DNA of 64,000 nucleotides, taken from positions 395,064,001 through 395,128,000 of the forward strand of contig OZ024740.1 in NCBI GenBank assembly GCA_964016885.1, written 5' to 3'. Shown piece after piece: positions 28,161-41,519 of this stretch. This DNA is from Eledone cirrhosa. Taxonomy: Eukaryota. Both the position numbers and the translations under genes were made by a program. How positions within the stretch are numbered: position 1 is the stretch's first letter; each line of letters begins with the position of its first letter. The notes beneath the pieces were generated by a model. It was not told the DNA's origin and did no database searches. It saw only the letters and a list, made by a program, of their open reading frames with translations.

Positions 28161-29469
28161 ATAATCACTGGACAGATTTTACAGGCAAAACAAACCAGCA
28201 GATAACCCTGGTTAGATAACATCCATGAGCTAGGCCAGTCAGGTCTGTGGATCCAGTCGGATCATTTAGAGACAGTTGCTTCTGACAGGACCTGCTGGAA
28301 GGTATGCTTGAGGACTCTGCCTCCAACAACCTTTCCAGTAATAATTGAGCAAAGAAGAAAAAAAGATCAATGTCCCAATTTGAAAGCAACACTGATTTGC
28401 AGTTTATTGCTGACAGCTTGTGGGCTAGCGCATGTGGAATATCAACATAGCCAATGAGAGGATCCATGTAAGTCTCTTCCACTTTCTTAGACAAATGTTG
28501 TCGTCCTTAAATTAACATATAAGCTCCCAAGTACTCCACAAGCATGTGCAACCTTAGCCCTTGCGCAGAATCAGGGTGATACAATGTCCTGGTAAAACCA
28601 TTGAATTATAGATACAATCCATCTATTGGATTTCGTCATAGTTTTCATCTACTCAATTTTACTCTGTCTTGTGAGTACTCAAGCTGTGGTAAAAGATGGC
28701 AAAAGATATCATCCAATGGGTTCAAGCCTATAAGCTAATGATTGTAAAGCAAACTTCCTAACTACTCAGCTGTGCCTTACTGAACCACTTTGATGGCAAT
28801 ATATCCAGGACCATTAAACTACCTTTCAATTACACTTTAATGGCGAGGGCTTTCTTTATTTTGCTTTGATTTTTCAACCTCGCATTGTAAACCTTTTTCC
28901 AATGGGAAAGAGTAAAACCCCAAATTCATGATTATTTAACAAAAGAGTGCAAACAGCATGTGAATCTAGTCATGTTACTGGCTCAATCAGAAGAAAAAAC
29001 AAGAGCAATAGAAGTTAAATAAGAAAGACAGAGAAAGAATGATAATTTCTTTAAGAAGAGGTGGAAATATAATGAGGAAGGAGGAAGCAGACAGTAGGAG
29101 AACCAAACAAAGTGGAAAGATAAAGATAAATAAATCAAATACCATAGTATCAAAATTCATCTGAATCCAAATAATTGAGAGATCAAGAACAGGCTAAAAT
29201 TTGATTTTCAATTGTTCCATGACTTTTCTTTTCTTTCTCTCTCTTTCAACCTTTTTTCCCACCCTCATCACTCTCTTTTCACTCCTTCACCACCCTGCCC
29301 ACCCTCCATTCATTTCTCCTTATGTTCTTTGTGTATTGAAATGAATGTGTTACTGTTTTTCTCCAAGCACATAAAGATTAAACAAAATTGGTAAATTACA
29401 AATGGTGCCTTGCTCGCAGTAATGGTTACACTTTTAGTTCCATCTGTTTGAAATCAATATATGTGTCTT

Positions 29470-29526
<57 letters not shown>

Positions 29527-30318
29527 TCATCATTTTACATCTGCTTTTCCCTGCTTGCATATATATATATATATATATATTTATATACATATATATTATA
29601 TAATTATACATATATTATATATATAATAGATACATATATGCATATATATATATATAATATATACATATATGCATATATATATAATATATACATATATGCA
29701 TATATATATTATAGATACATATATGCATATATATATATATGATGATGATATAGTAGATACATATATGCATATATATAGTAGATACAGTAGATATATAAAT
29801 GCATATATATATTATAGATACACATATGCATATATATATTATAGATAGGCTCACGCACACATATATACACACACATACGTATGTATGTGTGTGTATATGT
29901 ATATGGGCGTATATATTTATATGTGCGTGTATATATATAATTTCACTATCTTATGATTTATGCTAGAAAGATAGCACTTACTACATCATTATGGTATCTT
30001 CTTTCCTGCCAAGTAAGGACTATAATAATTGACTCAAGCATCTCTAGGCTCTTGTCTTTCAAATTTTTATTTGTTATTGTTTATTATTATCATTATTGAT
30101 ATTATATCATTATCATTAATGTTATTATATTATTATTTTTATTATTATTATTGCTGTCTTTATATTGGATTGAGTTTCATTTTGTGTATATTTGATATTT
30201 TCTACACAAAAATTAGCACTTGTTTTGAAAGTACTCCACCATCACTACTTTTAAATCTCAGCCAATCGCCACAGTGTACATATGCACACAACCCATGTAC
30301 AAAAGTAATAATAATAAT

Positions 30319-30352
<34 letters not shown>

Positions 30353-30919
30353 TAGATTAGAATAAGAAAAAAAATCCACAATGCCAAATATCTTCTGCTG
30401 TTCTGATCTAAATATAAGACCATTGTAATTAAGGAAGAATCTGCTTCAAGTTATATTCTAAACCATGGTTCTGTATCATTTAGTTCTTTCTTCCTGTCTT
30501 TTTTTCATTTTTTTGCACTGATAAGAATTCTGCTCAAATTTTTTCTGACCTTGTCTAGTATGTCTACTACTAATAGTATAGTGCTTTACTGTTGTCTAAC
30601 AATTAAATACTAACTCCTCGCATTTTCTTTGAAATACAATGGAAGCCAAGCCATTTATTGTGATCACTTTTTAGATGGAGTTTTTTAGATAGCAATAACC
30701 AGCTGATATCATTAAGCAGCCAATAGAAGAAAAATATTATGAGTATATACGCCCATAATTTTGATAATAATTACCATTTGATAATATTATCCACCATTGT
30801 TATACATCGGTGATGTATATAACCATGTTGGTTAAGATCTTGGCTACATGTACATACCTGTTTTAACATGAGTTAGTCATGAGTTATTGTTGTTTATGTA
30901 CAGACATGTTTATAAATTC

Positions 30920-31765
30920 TGTATGTTTGCGATGCAGGTAAATATCAAACAACAGTATGCAATCAAATTTTGTGTGAAACTCAACAAATCTGTCACCAAA
31001 ACAATTAATTCTTTAGCACAAGCTTATGGAGATGCAACTATATCAAACATTAACGTTTTTAAGTGGCACAAAGCTTTCAAAGAGGGCCAAGAAAGTTTTG
31101 AAGAAGAACCTCATTCTGGAGGACCAATCTCATCTACAAATAAACAAAATGTGGAAGTGGTGCAAGCAGTGATGGCGAAAGATTGTCGATTAAGTGTTAG
31201 GATGATTGCAAACAAACAGGCTTGGATAAAAATGGAGTTCACAAAATTTTAACAGACAATTTGCACATGTGGAAAATTTGAGCAAAACTAATGCCCACAC
31301 ACTTGTCTGTGAAGCAAAAAATGAACTGAATGGAAATTTGTCAGGATTTGCTAGAAATCTCAAAATTGAGCCAAATATCTTGGATAAAGTAATAACAGGA
31401 GATGAATCATGGAGTATGGTCCAGAGAAAAATGGCAAAATGAGGAGTGGTGCATGAAATATTCTCCTTGTCTGAAGAAAGCATGCATCAGCAGATCCAAG
31501 ATAAAAACAATGATTTTACTTGACAGCCATGACATTCTTCACAAAGCATTTTAAACTCCAGGGCCGACGCTTAATTCACCTTCTCCAAAGATGTCCTGGA
31601 ACAACTTTGAAAATGGGTCCAACAAGTCTGAAAAGACATTGCAGGAGATTGGGTATGGCACCATGATAACATACCTGCTGCCACAGTACTTTCAATTAGA
31701 GTATTTCTATCAAAGAAAAGCATTTCCACTCTTCCACATCTTCTCTACAGTACAGATCTAGCTTT
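30920..31765 (+). pseudogene. Mariner (Tc1/mariner) transposase pseudogene
   Basis: QQYAIKFCVKLNKS...AYGDA...FKWHKAFKEG...PHSGGP HTH region, then ITGDESW, HHDN and YSTDLA (YSPDLA-like), with stops and frameshifts. Confidence 0.9.
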
Positions 31766-31963
31766 ATATACACATATCTAATGTGTGGGCATGTAAACAT
31801 GCCAGAAAATATGGATTTCCCTGTAAATATATTTATACACATTGGTACAGTTTCAGTTAGTTTCAAACTCTGTATTTATACAGATATAACTTCATCATAC
31901 ACTTCGGCTGCTAGCACACTTGTAACTATATATCTTAGTATATATATAACTATATACATATAT

Positions 31964-32011
<48 letters not shown>

Positions 32012-32338
32012 TCATCATCATCATTGTTTAATATCCATATTCCACGCTAGCCTGGGTTAGACGGGTTTATCCCATTTAGAGGCAAATTGGGTTGGGTGAC
32101 CGTGTCTCGCTCATATAGGACTGTTTCTAGCTGGTTTTCTATGGCTAAATGCCCTTCCTAGTGCCAACCACATTTATAGTGTGTGCTGGGTGCTTTTTGC
32201 TGTGTCTTTTACACAACCAATTTACAGTGTGGGCTGCATGTTTTGTGGTACCAACATAACATATATATATATATTGAAATGTCATACATTTTCATATTAC
32301 CCACTCTACTACCCTAAGTATTGAGTACTCTGATGCAT

Positions 32339-33041
32339 TATGCTCCTTTGGATGTGTAATAGTAATATACGTGAACGGCAAAGCATAAATGAACTAAGTG
32401 AGAAATTAGGAATAAGAGGGATCAGATGCTGTTTACTCGAGAGAAGACTACATTGGTATGGCGACTTGATGCACATGAAAGACGACAGCAGTATAAAAAA
32501 GTGCAGGGTGATCAAAATTGATGGATGTTATGGAGTAGGTAGACCCAGAAAAACCTGCGACGATCTGATAAATTCCGACCTCACACACTTAGACCTCTCC
32601 AAGACAATGTCACTGGACCGAGATCTTTGGCGCTACGCAGTAATACAGAAGACCCGCCTTGCCTATGTACAAAGCGAAACCTACAGTCAGTAGGCACCTC
32701 TTAACCAAATATACACCCCAATCTACTACCCCTACCCTATCCTCCCACTCCCACCAACAGCACGAGAAAATGAGATCGAGTTCGTGTAGGTGTCACAACA
32801 AAAAAAAAACACACACACAGTCCACGCTGTAATGTGGCCGTGTAGGTAGCACGGTAAAAAGTTCCCAGTTCCACACTGTAAATGTGGTTGGTGTTAGGAA
32901 GGGCATCCAGCCATAGAAAACCTGCCAGATAGTCCTATATGAGTGAGACACGGTCACCCGACCAGCCTTGCCTCAAGTGGGACAACTCCCGTCTAACCCA
33001 TGCTAGCGGGGAAAGTGGATGTTAAACGAGGATGATGATGA
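32339..33041 (+). mobile_element. RTE LINE 3' segment, paralogue of 16385-17221
   Basis: MLLWMC...ERRLHWYG...GRPRKT...DRDLWR plus the same 3' UTR and (GAT)n tail. Confidence 0.9.
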
Positions 33042-33055
33042 TATATATATATATA

Positions 33056-33240
33056 CCATGAACTACCACAACCTAAACCCAAACCCAACATGAGTCAAAG
33101 GGAATGGGAGATTATCCATGAACTAAAAAACAATACGGACATTTTAATTAAGGAAGCGGACAAGGGAAGTACTGTTGTCATTATGGATGCTGAAAAATAT
33201 AAAAATTCTATGTTCTCTCTCTTACAAAATACACTGCCCA
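33056..33240 (+). mobile_element. Penelope-like element RT N-terminal fragment
   Basis: Manual translation: PKPNMSQREWEIIHELKNNTDILIKEADKGSTVVIMDAEKYKNSM, containing the PLE-typical K.ADKG..VV.MD..Y motif. Confidence 0.8.
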
Positions 33241-33617
33241 CAATGAGACAACCCATCTAACCCATGCTAGCATGGAAGAACGGTCGTACACACACACACA
33301 AATATATATTTGAAAGGTATGCATCCCAATGCAAATAACCATAATAATTGATAACTATCAATAATATAGAGAAAAGTAGATAGAGGGGCCTGTAAGGAAT
33401 CGAACTCTACAACTCTCAGATGCCAGGTGAATGTGTTAACCATTATACTTAAGAGCTGCTGGCCACCACTTCTGAAATCTTTAGAATAATTTAAGCTTGT
33501 AGCTTGATGTTTAAACAACGTGGTTAACTTAAGAATTGGGAAAATTTGAAATGTGTACAACCCAGGGGTACTTTACCCAATTTTCCCAACTAATATTTAT
33601 AGTGACCAACCATTTTC

Positions 33618-33776
33618 AGTATCGGTAGAAGGTCAGACGCTATGCTTTCCAGCATAGAACTCAAATCCTGCCGAGGTTAACTTTGCCTTTCATCCTTATG
33701 GGGTTGATAAAATAAAGTAGGAGTAATGTACTGAATAATTTCTGGCCTTGTGCCAAAAGTAGAAACAATTATTATT
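33618..33776 (+). mobile_element. SINE family A, partial
   Basis: CAGTATCGGTAGA...CCGAGGTTAACTTTGCC...AGTAGAAACAATTATT. Confidence 0.8.
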
Positions 33777-36700
33777 GAGCACACCCAGTTTTAGATTCCC
33801 ATGACATGCTGTATGTCACAATGGCCTACTTTTAACTCTCAGCGCATCTCCCTTACCATCCTCCGGGGAAACACCTTCTCCATTCTGCATGCCGCAGCTA
33901 TGGGGTGGCCAGCACATGGGACCCCATTTGCTCATAATACAGTGAGATGGGGAGTGTGAGAGAAATGGAGGTGATGACTGGGAGTTCAGACCTTCCGTGT
34001 TCAGACATCTTTGTTGGGAGGTTTCTTGGGTGTTTTAATTGTTGTCATATATTGTCCCAATCTTTCCTATGAATTAGTCAAGGCTGTTGTTTAGCCATAG
34101 TTCTATACTGGCAGAGTAGAACTATAAAATATTTGTTGTTGTTTATCCTCAAATCTGATGGAGCAGACCTATAATTAAAAGTATTCTAATCCTGACCACC
34201 CTATCTTTTTCTTATGTGTATGGGATATTTAGCTGCTATTTCTAGTAGATTGTGTGACTACATAAAGAGTCAGTTTTGATCATTGTGGTTGTGGTGTTGT
34301 TTAGTCCTATAACAGCCCTCATTGAGCAGACCTAGGATCAAAACTGTTACAACCAGGACCATCCTTCCTTATAGCATATTCATAATATTCTTATTCTATA
34401 TGACCTTCATTTAAGTTGTGTTTTGGGAGAGATTTGTCTGTTATTTCTAACAAGTCAATTGACTGTAAAGAAACTCCCACATTGACTTACCCATGGCAGA
34501 GTCAATTTATTTGGTAATGATGTTAGTATTGTTATTTTGCATAGGTGATGCTGTTCAGGATGTTGATGTATTTTCGGAATCATTTGGCTAACTTTTTTAC
34601 ACCCGGGATCATGTAAATTCATCCTTATCAAGAGAGAGAGAGAAAGAAAGTAGCAAAAAGAGTGTGAGTACCAATAAAAGAGAAAAACAAGTTTCATATG
34701 CACTTTGTGATATTACAGTCAACTGTAATATGATTGTATGCAATAATTTGCAAACATGGGTCTACAACGAGACATTGTAAAGTGACAGACCACTGTGATC
34801 AATATTACCACAAATGAAAGCTACCAAATTAATTTCTTGCATCTTTAAAGAATCTGCTGTATGAGATCAGACTTAAAAGTATGTCTTCAATGTTTCACAA
34901 ACTGATGAAGGAAGATATTATATCAACTTACAAGAGTATAGAAGTAAGCTTTAAAAAAAACAAAAACAACACAATATCTTAGAATTTCGTCTGCCATCAA
35001 TATATTACTGAAGTGATGCAGCAAGTTAATAAGATAGAAAAAAAAACTTTCTCAAACACCATCTGTATAAACCAGAATTTCATAAACAAGACAAGTTGTT
35101 AAGTCAAAGACAAAGAAACAATTTAACAACAGACTTAATAAATACTGTAAGAAGGAGAAAATTTGAAATATCTCTCTTCTAAGTAGAAAGGTTATATTAT
35201 AAACAAGTTAGCATTTATAGGTTGCATCGAAACATTTATAATCATCATCATCATTACTTTACATTTGCTTCCCTATGTTGGCATGTTGTTGTTTAACCTA
35301 AGTGATGGTGATCATTATATACCGGATAAATAAGTCTGCATTACTGAGACTAGAGACACCACAAATCAAGGGAGAACTCTATGCATGGGAAGAAGCAGAG
35401 TGGGTATAGAGGAAGGTAAAAACCCAACGGCACCCAACCCACTCTATAGAATAGTAGTATAAGTTCCACAATGAAAAATATTCAGTCCATTCTATAAAAT
35501 GGTAGTCCTGGAGATAATAAAATTCTCCCAGTGATTGGTGTTGGAAAAGGCATCCAGCCATAGAAACCAGGCCAAAATGGAGTTTACAAGGAGAATGTGA
35601 TCATCTGACCAGTCTGACCCCCCCCCCCCCACACACACACACAACAACCCATCTAACTCATGTGTGTATGGAGAATATATGTTAAAACTCTGAGGACGTG
35701 TGTGTCTTCCATGCTAACAAGAGTTAAACAAGTCTTCACAGATCAAATCAGTACTCAAGTGGAGCTACTAATCTCTCAGAACGGCTCACATAACATTCCC
35801 ATGCTCTACTAAATGTATTTTATCGTGGGACCAGCACAAGGAGGGTTGTCATGATTTTGACAGATCTGGAGAGTTCTTCCAACACTTGCAGAGTGTATTG
35901 AGTGCATTTATCATATAGATCACAAACATTAGGAAGTCATAAAATATAAAGGTCAATAAAGTCATTGCACACCAGTTGTGAAAGCTGATTTTAAGATGCT
36001 GAACCTCACAAAGAAGATAACAAATGAATGCAACAAATAGTGAAGAACAATGTTAAAGTGAGCTCGTGCAACTCATGCAAGCATGGAAAAATGAGGTAAT
36101 GATGATAATAGTGATGATCCAAACAATGAGCTGAAATTATGCTAGTAAAGTCGATAGATTAATGAAAAATAGAGAGCTTTCTTGTGTGTATTGTGCTTCC
36201 ATTGCTGTGCCTGTATCTATAAAATAATTATAAACAACAGCAAATAGTTTCTGTAAATAATCTAACTAAATCAAGCAGAGACAAAACTTTTGATTTTTAT
36301 CAGTATTTTGTTGATCAGCTTCCAATCCAGAAGAGATTCTTTGTCTCTGCTTAACATAACAGAAACCAGATTTAAGCACCATGCTATCTATTGTGCCTAC
36401 TGTTTAGGATAAAAAAAATTAGCTAAATAATGAGTTTAAAAACCTTTGGTTATATTTAGTTGGTACCAATTAAATAGGAATCTGTTTGGTTTTATAATTA
36501 TTATTTGTATATTTGGTGGCTTAAGGAAAGTTTATTTCATGATATGAATAATAAATTTAACTTCAAACCAAACACACAGTCAGAAAACCAATATCTATCA
36601 TGTGAAATCTTCCCTAATATATAAAGCATTCAGCTCTTTTTCTAAAGATTATTATACCCATTTTGAACAACTTCTCATGCTAACAAATACATACTTCAAT

Positions 36701-37025
36701 TTAGAGGTTATAGTTTTACAGTATCAATCATTCACTCTCTCTCAACAGATATCTATATCTGATCAGACTAATAATAATGTAGCTCCATTGAAATAACAAC
36801 AAAATTCATGTGTGGAATGACTAGTAAATATATAGAGAGATTTTAATTCCACATCACATAAATGTATATGAATATATCTATATGTGTATATGTATAAAAA
36901 TGTATATATATATATGAATATGTATGAATAGTATGTCACTTTTCCCTTGACCTACCAGGTTCGGTGGGGGTACTGCAGTGTGTATTCTATGCAAATACTG
37001 TTTAGTGGAACCTATACCTCTCTTA

Positions 37026-37080
<55 letters not shown>

Positions 37081-38040
37081 CATATAGCAAGAAAATATTT
37101 GATCACGAGTACCTGCAGTTTCTGCTTGTCACTTCACATGCCACAACTTTGGTAAGGGATACACTGCTATAGGAATTTTGAAGGGTAAACAATAATAACA
37201 TTTTTATAGCAGTTTATACCTTTTAAGACATTATTGCCATTTCACATAGATGCATTGACATGCAATGTTGGTTTGAGCTAAGAACCTGGATGGCTATCAC
37301 AGCCCCAATGGTGCCATGCAAACTGTGTTGCTGACATTAAACTAATGTTTTTTTATGTTTTGTATCTTTTTGGGGTGGGAGGGGCTGCAATAAGCTGTAA
37401 TTTATTGCATCACTTATTAACCCTTGGCATAAGTCTGGTTGCTGTCAAACATTTATAACCCCTGTATCCATTCCTACTAGCCCACAATACAAAGCATTGT
37501 ATGGGTGAACATACAGTGGTAATGGCATGATGGGTGTAGCATGGCTAGATGGCTAGCCCAAGCAGCTTCTGTATCATTGACTTTTTTAAAATATATTTTG
37601 CTGTGCCCCAGTAACAATTACTCATCTAAATCTGTTATGTTCTTGCTATTTGATGGCATAGCCGATTGTTTTGCATTATGGTCTGATGGCGTAAAATGAC
37701 CACAGAAATACATATTATGTAACAATAAAGTAAGTTATTGGAATCCGGACTTATCATATTTTCATTAAGTATTTAACTCTGTTCCTGGATCAACAATGAG
37801 ATACCACATCTATGATGAAGGATACACATAATGTCAAGTGTTTTTGCTTAATGCATCACAGTCTACTAATTGGAATGACTGGATCATAAACCCCCATTCA
37901 TATTAGTTAAATCATACAATGTAAAAGAAATATATATATATATATATTTCTTTTATATATATATATATATAAAGAAAAAAAGATGAAATCGAAAATGCAA
38001 CTGGAGTCTTATTTTTAAAAAAAATATATATATTTATTTG

Positions 38041-38085
38041 GTTCCTTTACCGGTTTCGCAGTTCTTCTGCTTTTCAAAAGTAGAG
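38041..38085 (-). ncRNA. Minimal type I hammerhead ribozyme, U3-A8 core variant
   Basis: Minus strand ctt-TTGAAAA-GCAG-aagaa-CTGC-GAAA-CCGG-TA^-aag. Stem II is 4 bp, stem III is the palindrome ACCGGT, and the GUA site cuts at 38048/38047. Stem I is only 3 bp. Confidence 0.6.
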
Positions 38086-38401
38086 TTGAGATGGAGGGTC
38101 TGTGGTTTTTCTCACATCTGAGATATATATATATGTTTGTTCGTGTGTGTGTTAGTTAGGTGTGTAACTAAAGTTACAGGTGGTGTGCCATTCGAAGCAC
38201 TCAATGCTTTTATGAGGTCCGTATTGTTTGGGTTGTATTCCAATGTTACGGCTGTAGTGTGCAGAGTGTAATTAGATTTAAAAGAGTTGAAGTCAGTGCT
38301 GCAGTATAGGTACAAACTTTATTTACATAATACAATTGTTTCAATATCGACCAGCTCAAGGTGCAATCAAGTTTAGATGTGTCTGTGCACATATAAGCTC
38401 A

Positions 38402-38489
38402 CATATCTGACGAGATGTCAAAAAAAGAATCGGGCCTCGTCACCTTGATTGTACCCTCAACTGATCAATATTGAAACTATTGTAATATG
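38402..38489 (+). ncRNA. Type I hammerhead ribozyme with long stem II insert
   Basis: CATAT-CTGACGA-gatgt...atatt-GAAA-CTATTG-TA^-ATATG. Stem I is 5 bp and cleavage is predicted after 38484. The inverted copy retains the palindromic ACAATTGT. Confidence 0.65.
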
Positions 38490-38558
38490 CCAATAAAGTT
38501 TGTACATATGCTGCAACACTGACTTTGATTCTCTCACTCTCTCTCTCTCTCTCTCTTA

Positions 38559-38593
<35 letters not shown>

Positions 38594-38596
<3 letters not shown>

Positions 38597-38878
38597 TGGA
38601 GTCATATGGCCTAGTAGTAAGAGTGTTGGACTTACGATCATAATGTTGTGGGCTAGATTCCTGGGTTGCGTGTTGTGTTTTTGAACAAAACACTTCATTT
38701 CCTGTTGCTCCAGTATACTCAGCTGAAAATGAGTACCAGCAATAGCTGGGGGTTTAACCCTGCGATGGACTGGCGTCCTGTCCAGTGGGGAGTCTTGTAC
38801 TCTGAGTCGCTTCACGCCATGAAACCGGTATAAACGCCGGCCAAATGAGCCTTCTTGCTTAAGACAGACTTTAGACTT
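38594..38878 (+). mobile_element. tRNA-derived SINE sharing the family B core but with a different (V/Meta-SINE-like) 3' part
   Basis: tRNA-like head, TTGCTCCAGT..ACTCAGCTG core, then AACCCTGCGATGGACTGGCGTCCTGTCCAG. Confidence 0.65.
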
Positions 38879-39642
38879 TTTTTAGATATATATATATAAT
38901 TGTGTACGTGTGTTTGTATGTATATAAACATTGTGTGTAGATCTCTGTATTTCTTAAAAGATAAATAGAAGAGTAGGCATCATGAAGGGCATCCGGTCAT
39001 AAAAATCTAACTCTGAAAATCTATTCAGCCCATGCCAGCATAGAAAATAAACATAAAAACAATGATTATAATTGTGTGTAAGTCTACATAGGTATGAGTC
39101 TTTGCAATTATATGTGTATACATGTATTTGTCTATCACTGTTGGTTGGTCTATCTACATTTAAGTGACTGAGTGTTTATGTGACTTGAATGTAGTTCTAC
39201 ATCTTTTTATCAATAGTTTCAGATTTTCTCTCCTCATTAGCTGGGCATTTGGCCAACTTTCTATCATTTTCAGTATTAAAAATAAGGAAAAAACTTCTTT
39301 TTAAGCATTTTTCCTTTTTATATGTTTTTTTAGCCAAATACTTCTTTTCTAATTCTGTACTCCAATCTCTGGCTGTTGAACATGGGTGGAAGGGAGGGTT
39401 AACATAAAAATAATGGAACTTTTTGGCCACAATCAATCTAATTTACTACTGTTTTCTCACCAAAATAATCAAACAAGTTTTGTGCTAAAGAACTATATAT
39501 ACATGTGTGTGTTTATACTTATGCATGTATCTATGTATGTGTGTGTGTGTGTGTGTGTATTTGAATATGTACAACATATGTATATGTATGCATTTATATA
39601 TATATATATACATGCATATATATAAACTATATATGCATATTA

Positions 39643-39976
39643 TGGAGGCACATGGCTTAGTGGTTAGAGCATTGGCCTTGCAATTGAAAGGTTGTGAGTT
39701 CAATTCTCAGACCGGGTGATGTGTTGTTTCCTTGAGCAAGACACTTTATTTCACATTGCTCCAGTTTACTCAGCTGTAGAAATGAGATGATAGGGACTGG
39801 GGTCCATATCATTCCACTGCAAAGTGGTCGTGCAGGTGCCACGGCAAAAAAGCACCCAGCACTCACTGTAAATGAGGTTGGTGTTAGGAAGGGCATCCAG
39901 CTGTAGAAATCAAGCCAAAATCAGTTCCCGTCCCACCCTTGCAAGCAGGGAAAAAGCGGACGTAAAATGATGATGA
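39643..39976 (+). mobile_element. SINE family B, full-length reference copy
   Basis: A box TGGCTTAGTGG, B box GAGTTCAATTC, core TCCTTGAGCAAGACACTT, RTE-type tail GTTAGGAAGGGCATCCAGC...GGACGTAAAA(TGA)n. Confidence 0.9.
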
Positions 39977-40147
39977 TATATGTATATGTGTGTGCATGTG
40001 TATATGTGTATATATCATCATCATTGTTTAACGTCTATCTTCCACGCTAGGATAGGCATATACATGTATATATATGCTTGTATATATATATGCATATATA
40101 TATATATATATAAACTTATATATATATATAAGTTTATATACGTATAC

Positions 40148-40478
40148 ATATGCAACAAATTCAAAATATAAAGCCATTACAAGATGTGCAATGATAAATT
40201 CTATTTTGCTTTAAAATTTGAACGAAATCGGTGGCAAAATGGGGGAGCTAGAGCCCAAAATCTTATTTTTCAAAACCTAAAAAAAGGTGACCCCCCTATC
40301 GATTTTTATCTGCAGAATGACCCCGGAATAATAAAAAACGATACGCTGATATATAGAAAAAACTCCCTGATGACTAATCTATGAGCCTGTAAAGTTTCAT
40401 GAAAATCGGTCGTAAGATGTAGGCCCCTATAGGTAATACACACACACACACACACACATACTTAATTTTATATATATA
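40148..40478 (+). mobile_element. Possible non-autonomous Helitron-like element
   Basis: Repeated AAA(G)TTT..(A)CGAAATCGG/GAAAATCGG motif, internal (CA)n and a TTTTATATATA end, resembling Lep1/DINE-type elements. Similarity judged by eye only. Confidence 0.4.
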
Positions 40479-40663
40479 CATATATATATACACACACACA
40501 CACATGCATACAGATTGAGAGAGAGAGAGAGAGAGTTAGTTAGTTAGTTCCACAACAGATTAGCAAACCATACTTGACGCTCGTTTCACCAAATGGATTT
40601 TCAACCCAGCCTTATGCATTCCTTCCTCTTATCACTCTTTACTTACTATTTATTTTCTTTTTC

Positions 40664-40704
40664 TATCTTCTGATGAAGGACTAGTGTCCGATACATTAAG
40701 ACTC
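40664..40704 (+). ncRNA. Degenerate minimal hammerhead motif
   Basis: CTGATGA-a-GGAC-tagt-GTCC-GATAC. Stem II is intact, but GAAA is mutated to GATA and stems I and III are poor. Confidence 0.4.
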
Positions 40705-41240
40705 TCTTCCTGCTATTTCATGCATTAAACTAATATATTTATTCATGTACTGTGTCATTTGTTTTGTTATTTCTGTTTATCCTTTACATACATATGTATA
40801 TATATATATGTGTGTGTGTGCATATATATTTAATAGATATGATATTCCTGTTAAGTTAATCGAAACAGTCATCAATCAATTAAATGATTTAATTTAATCC
40901 TGGTTACTTTTTTATTCATTTATATATATGCTCTGTGATATTGTAAAACTACTGTGATTGAAAATGTATTGATTGAGTTAAACTCTGAATTTTACTGATC
41001 TTTCTGTGGACTATAAAATCACATTTGAGCTTTGAATTATTCATTGCCTTTATAAGGTTGTATTATCAACTCGTCTAAACTCATTTATATGTAAATATAT
41101 ATATATGCAGAGGTTATATTTAATTTATTGGGGTTCAACAAGCTTAAACATTTTTATAACTGATATAAAGCACTCAACAGTTTAGTGGAGTAAATACACG
41201 ATATATTAATAAATGGAAACTATATTTATAAAACAATATT

Positions 41241-41306
41241 TATTTTATTACATATATTTCAAGGGCAACCAAAGCAAATTATGGTGCGCTTTCATCAGAT
41301 AAAATA
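41241..41306 (-). ncRNA. Type I hammerhead ribozyme
   Basis: Minus strand TATTTTAT-CTGATGA-aagcgcacca...tggttgccctt-GAAA-TATATG-TA^-ATAAAATA. Stem I is 8 bp, stem II is paired, stem III is quasi-palindromic, and the cut is at 41249/41248. Confidence 0.75.
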
Positions 41307-41483
41307 CAGATTTGTTTTATTAATAAATATTGATATACCCGGAAAAACGACAACCTTAACGGTTGGAGTTTCCTGGATAGTTAAGGTTGTCTTTTTTCTG
41401 GGTATGTCAATATTTATAAAATAAATATGGTTATAATAAAATAAATATGGTTTTATAAATATAGTTTCCATTTATTAATATAT

Positions 41484-41519
<36 letters not shown>

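Noticed and set aside
33385-33460. tRNA-like sequence on the minus strand (and the tRNA-like heads of SINE A and B)
   Set aside because: A and B boxes are present, but I could not build a convincing cloverleaf; best read as SINE heads or a decayed pseudogene.
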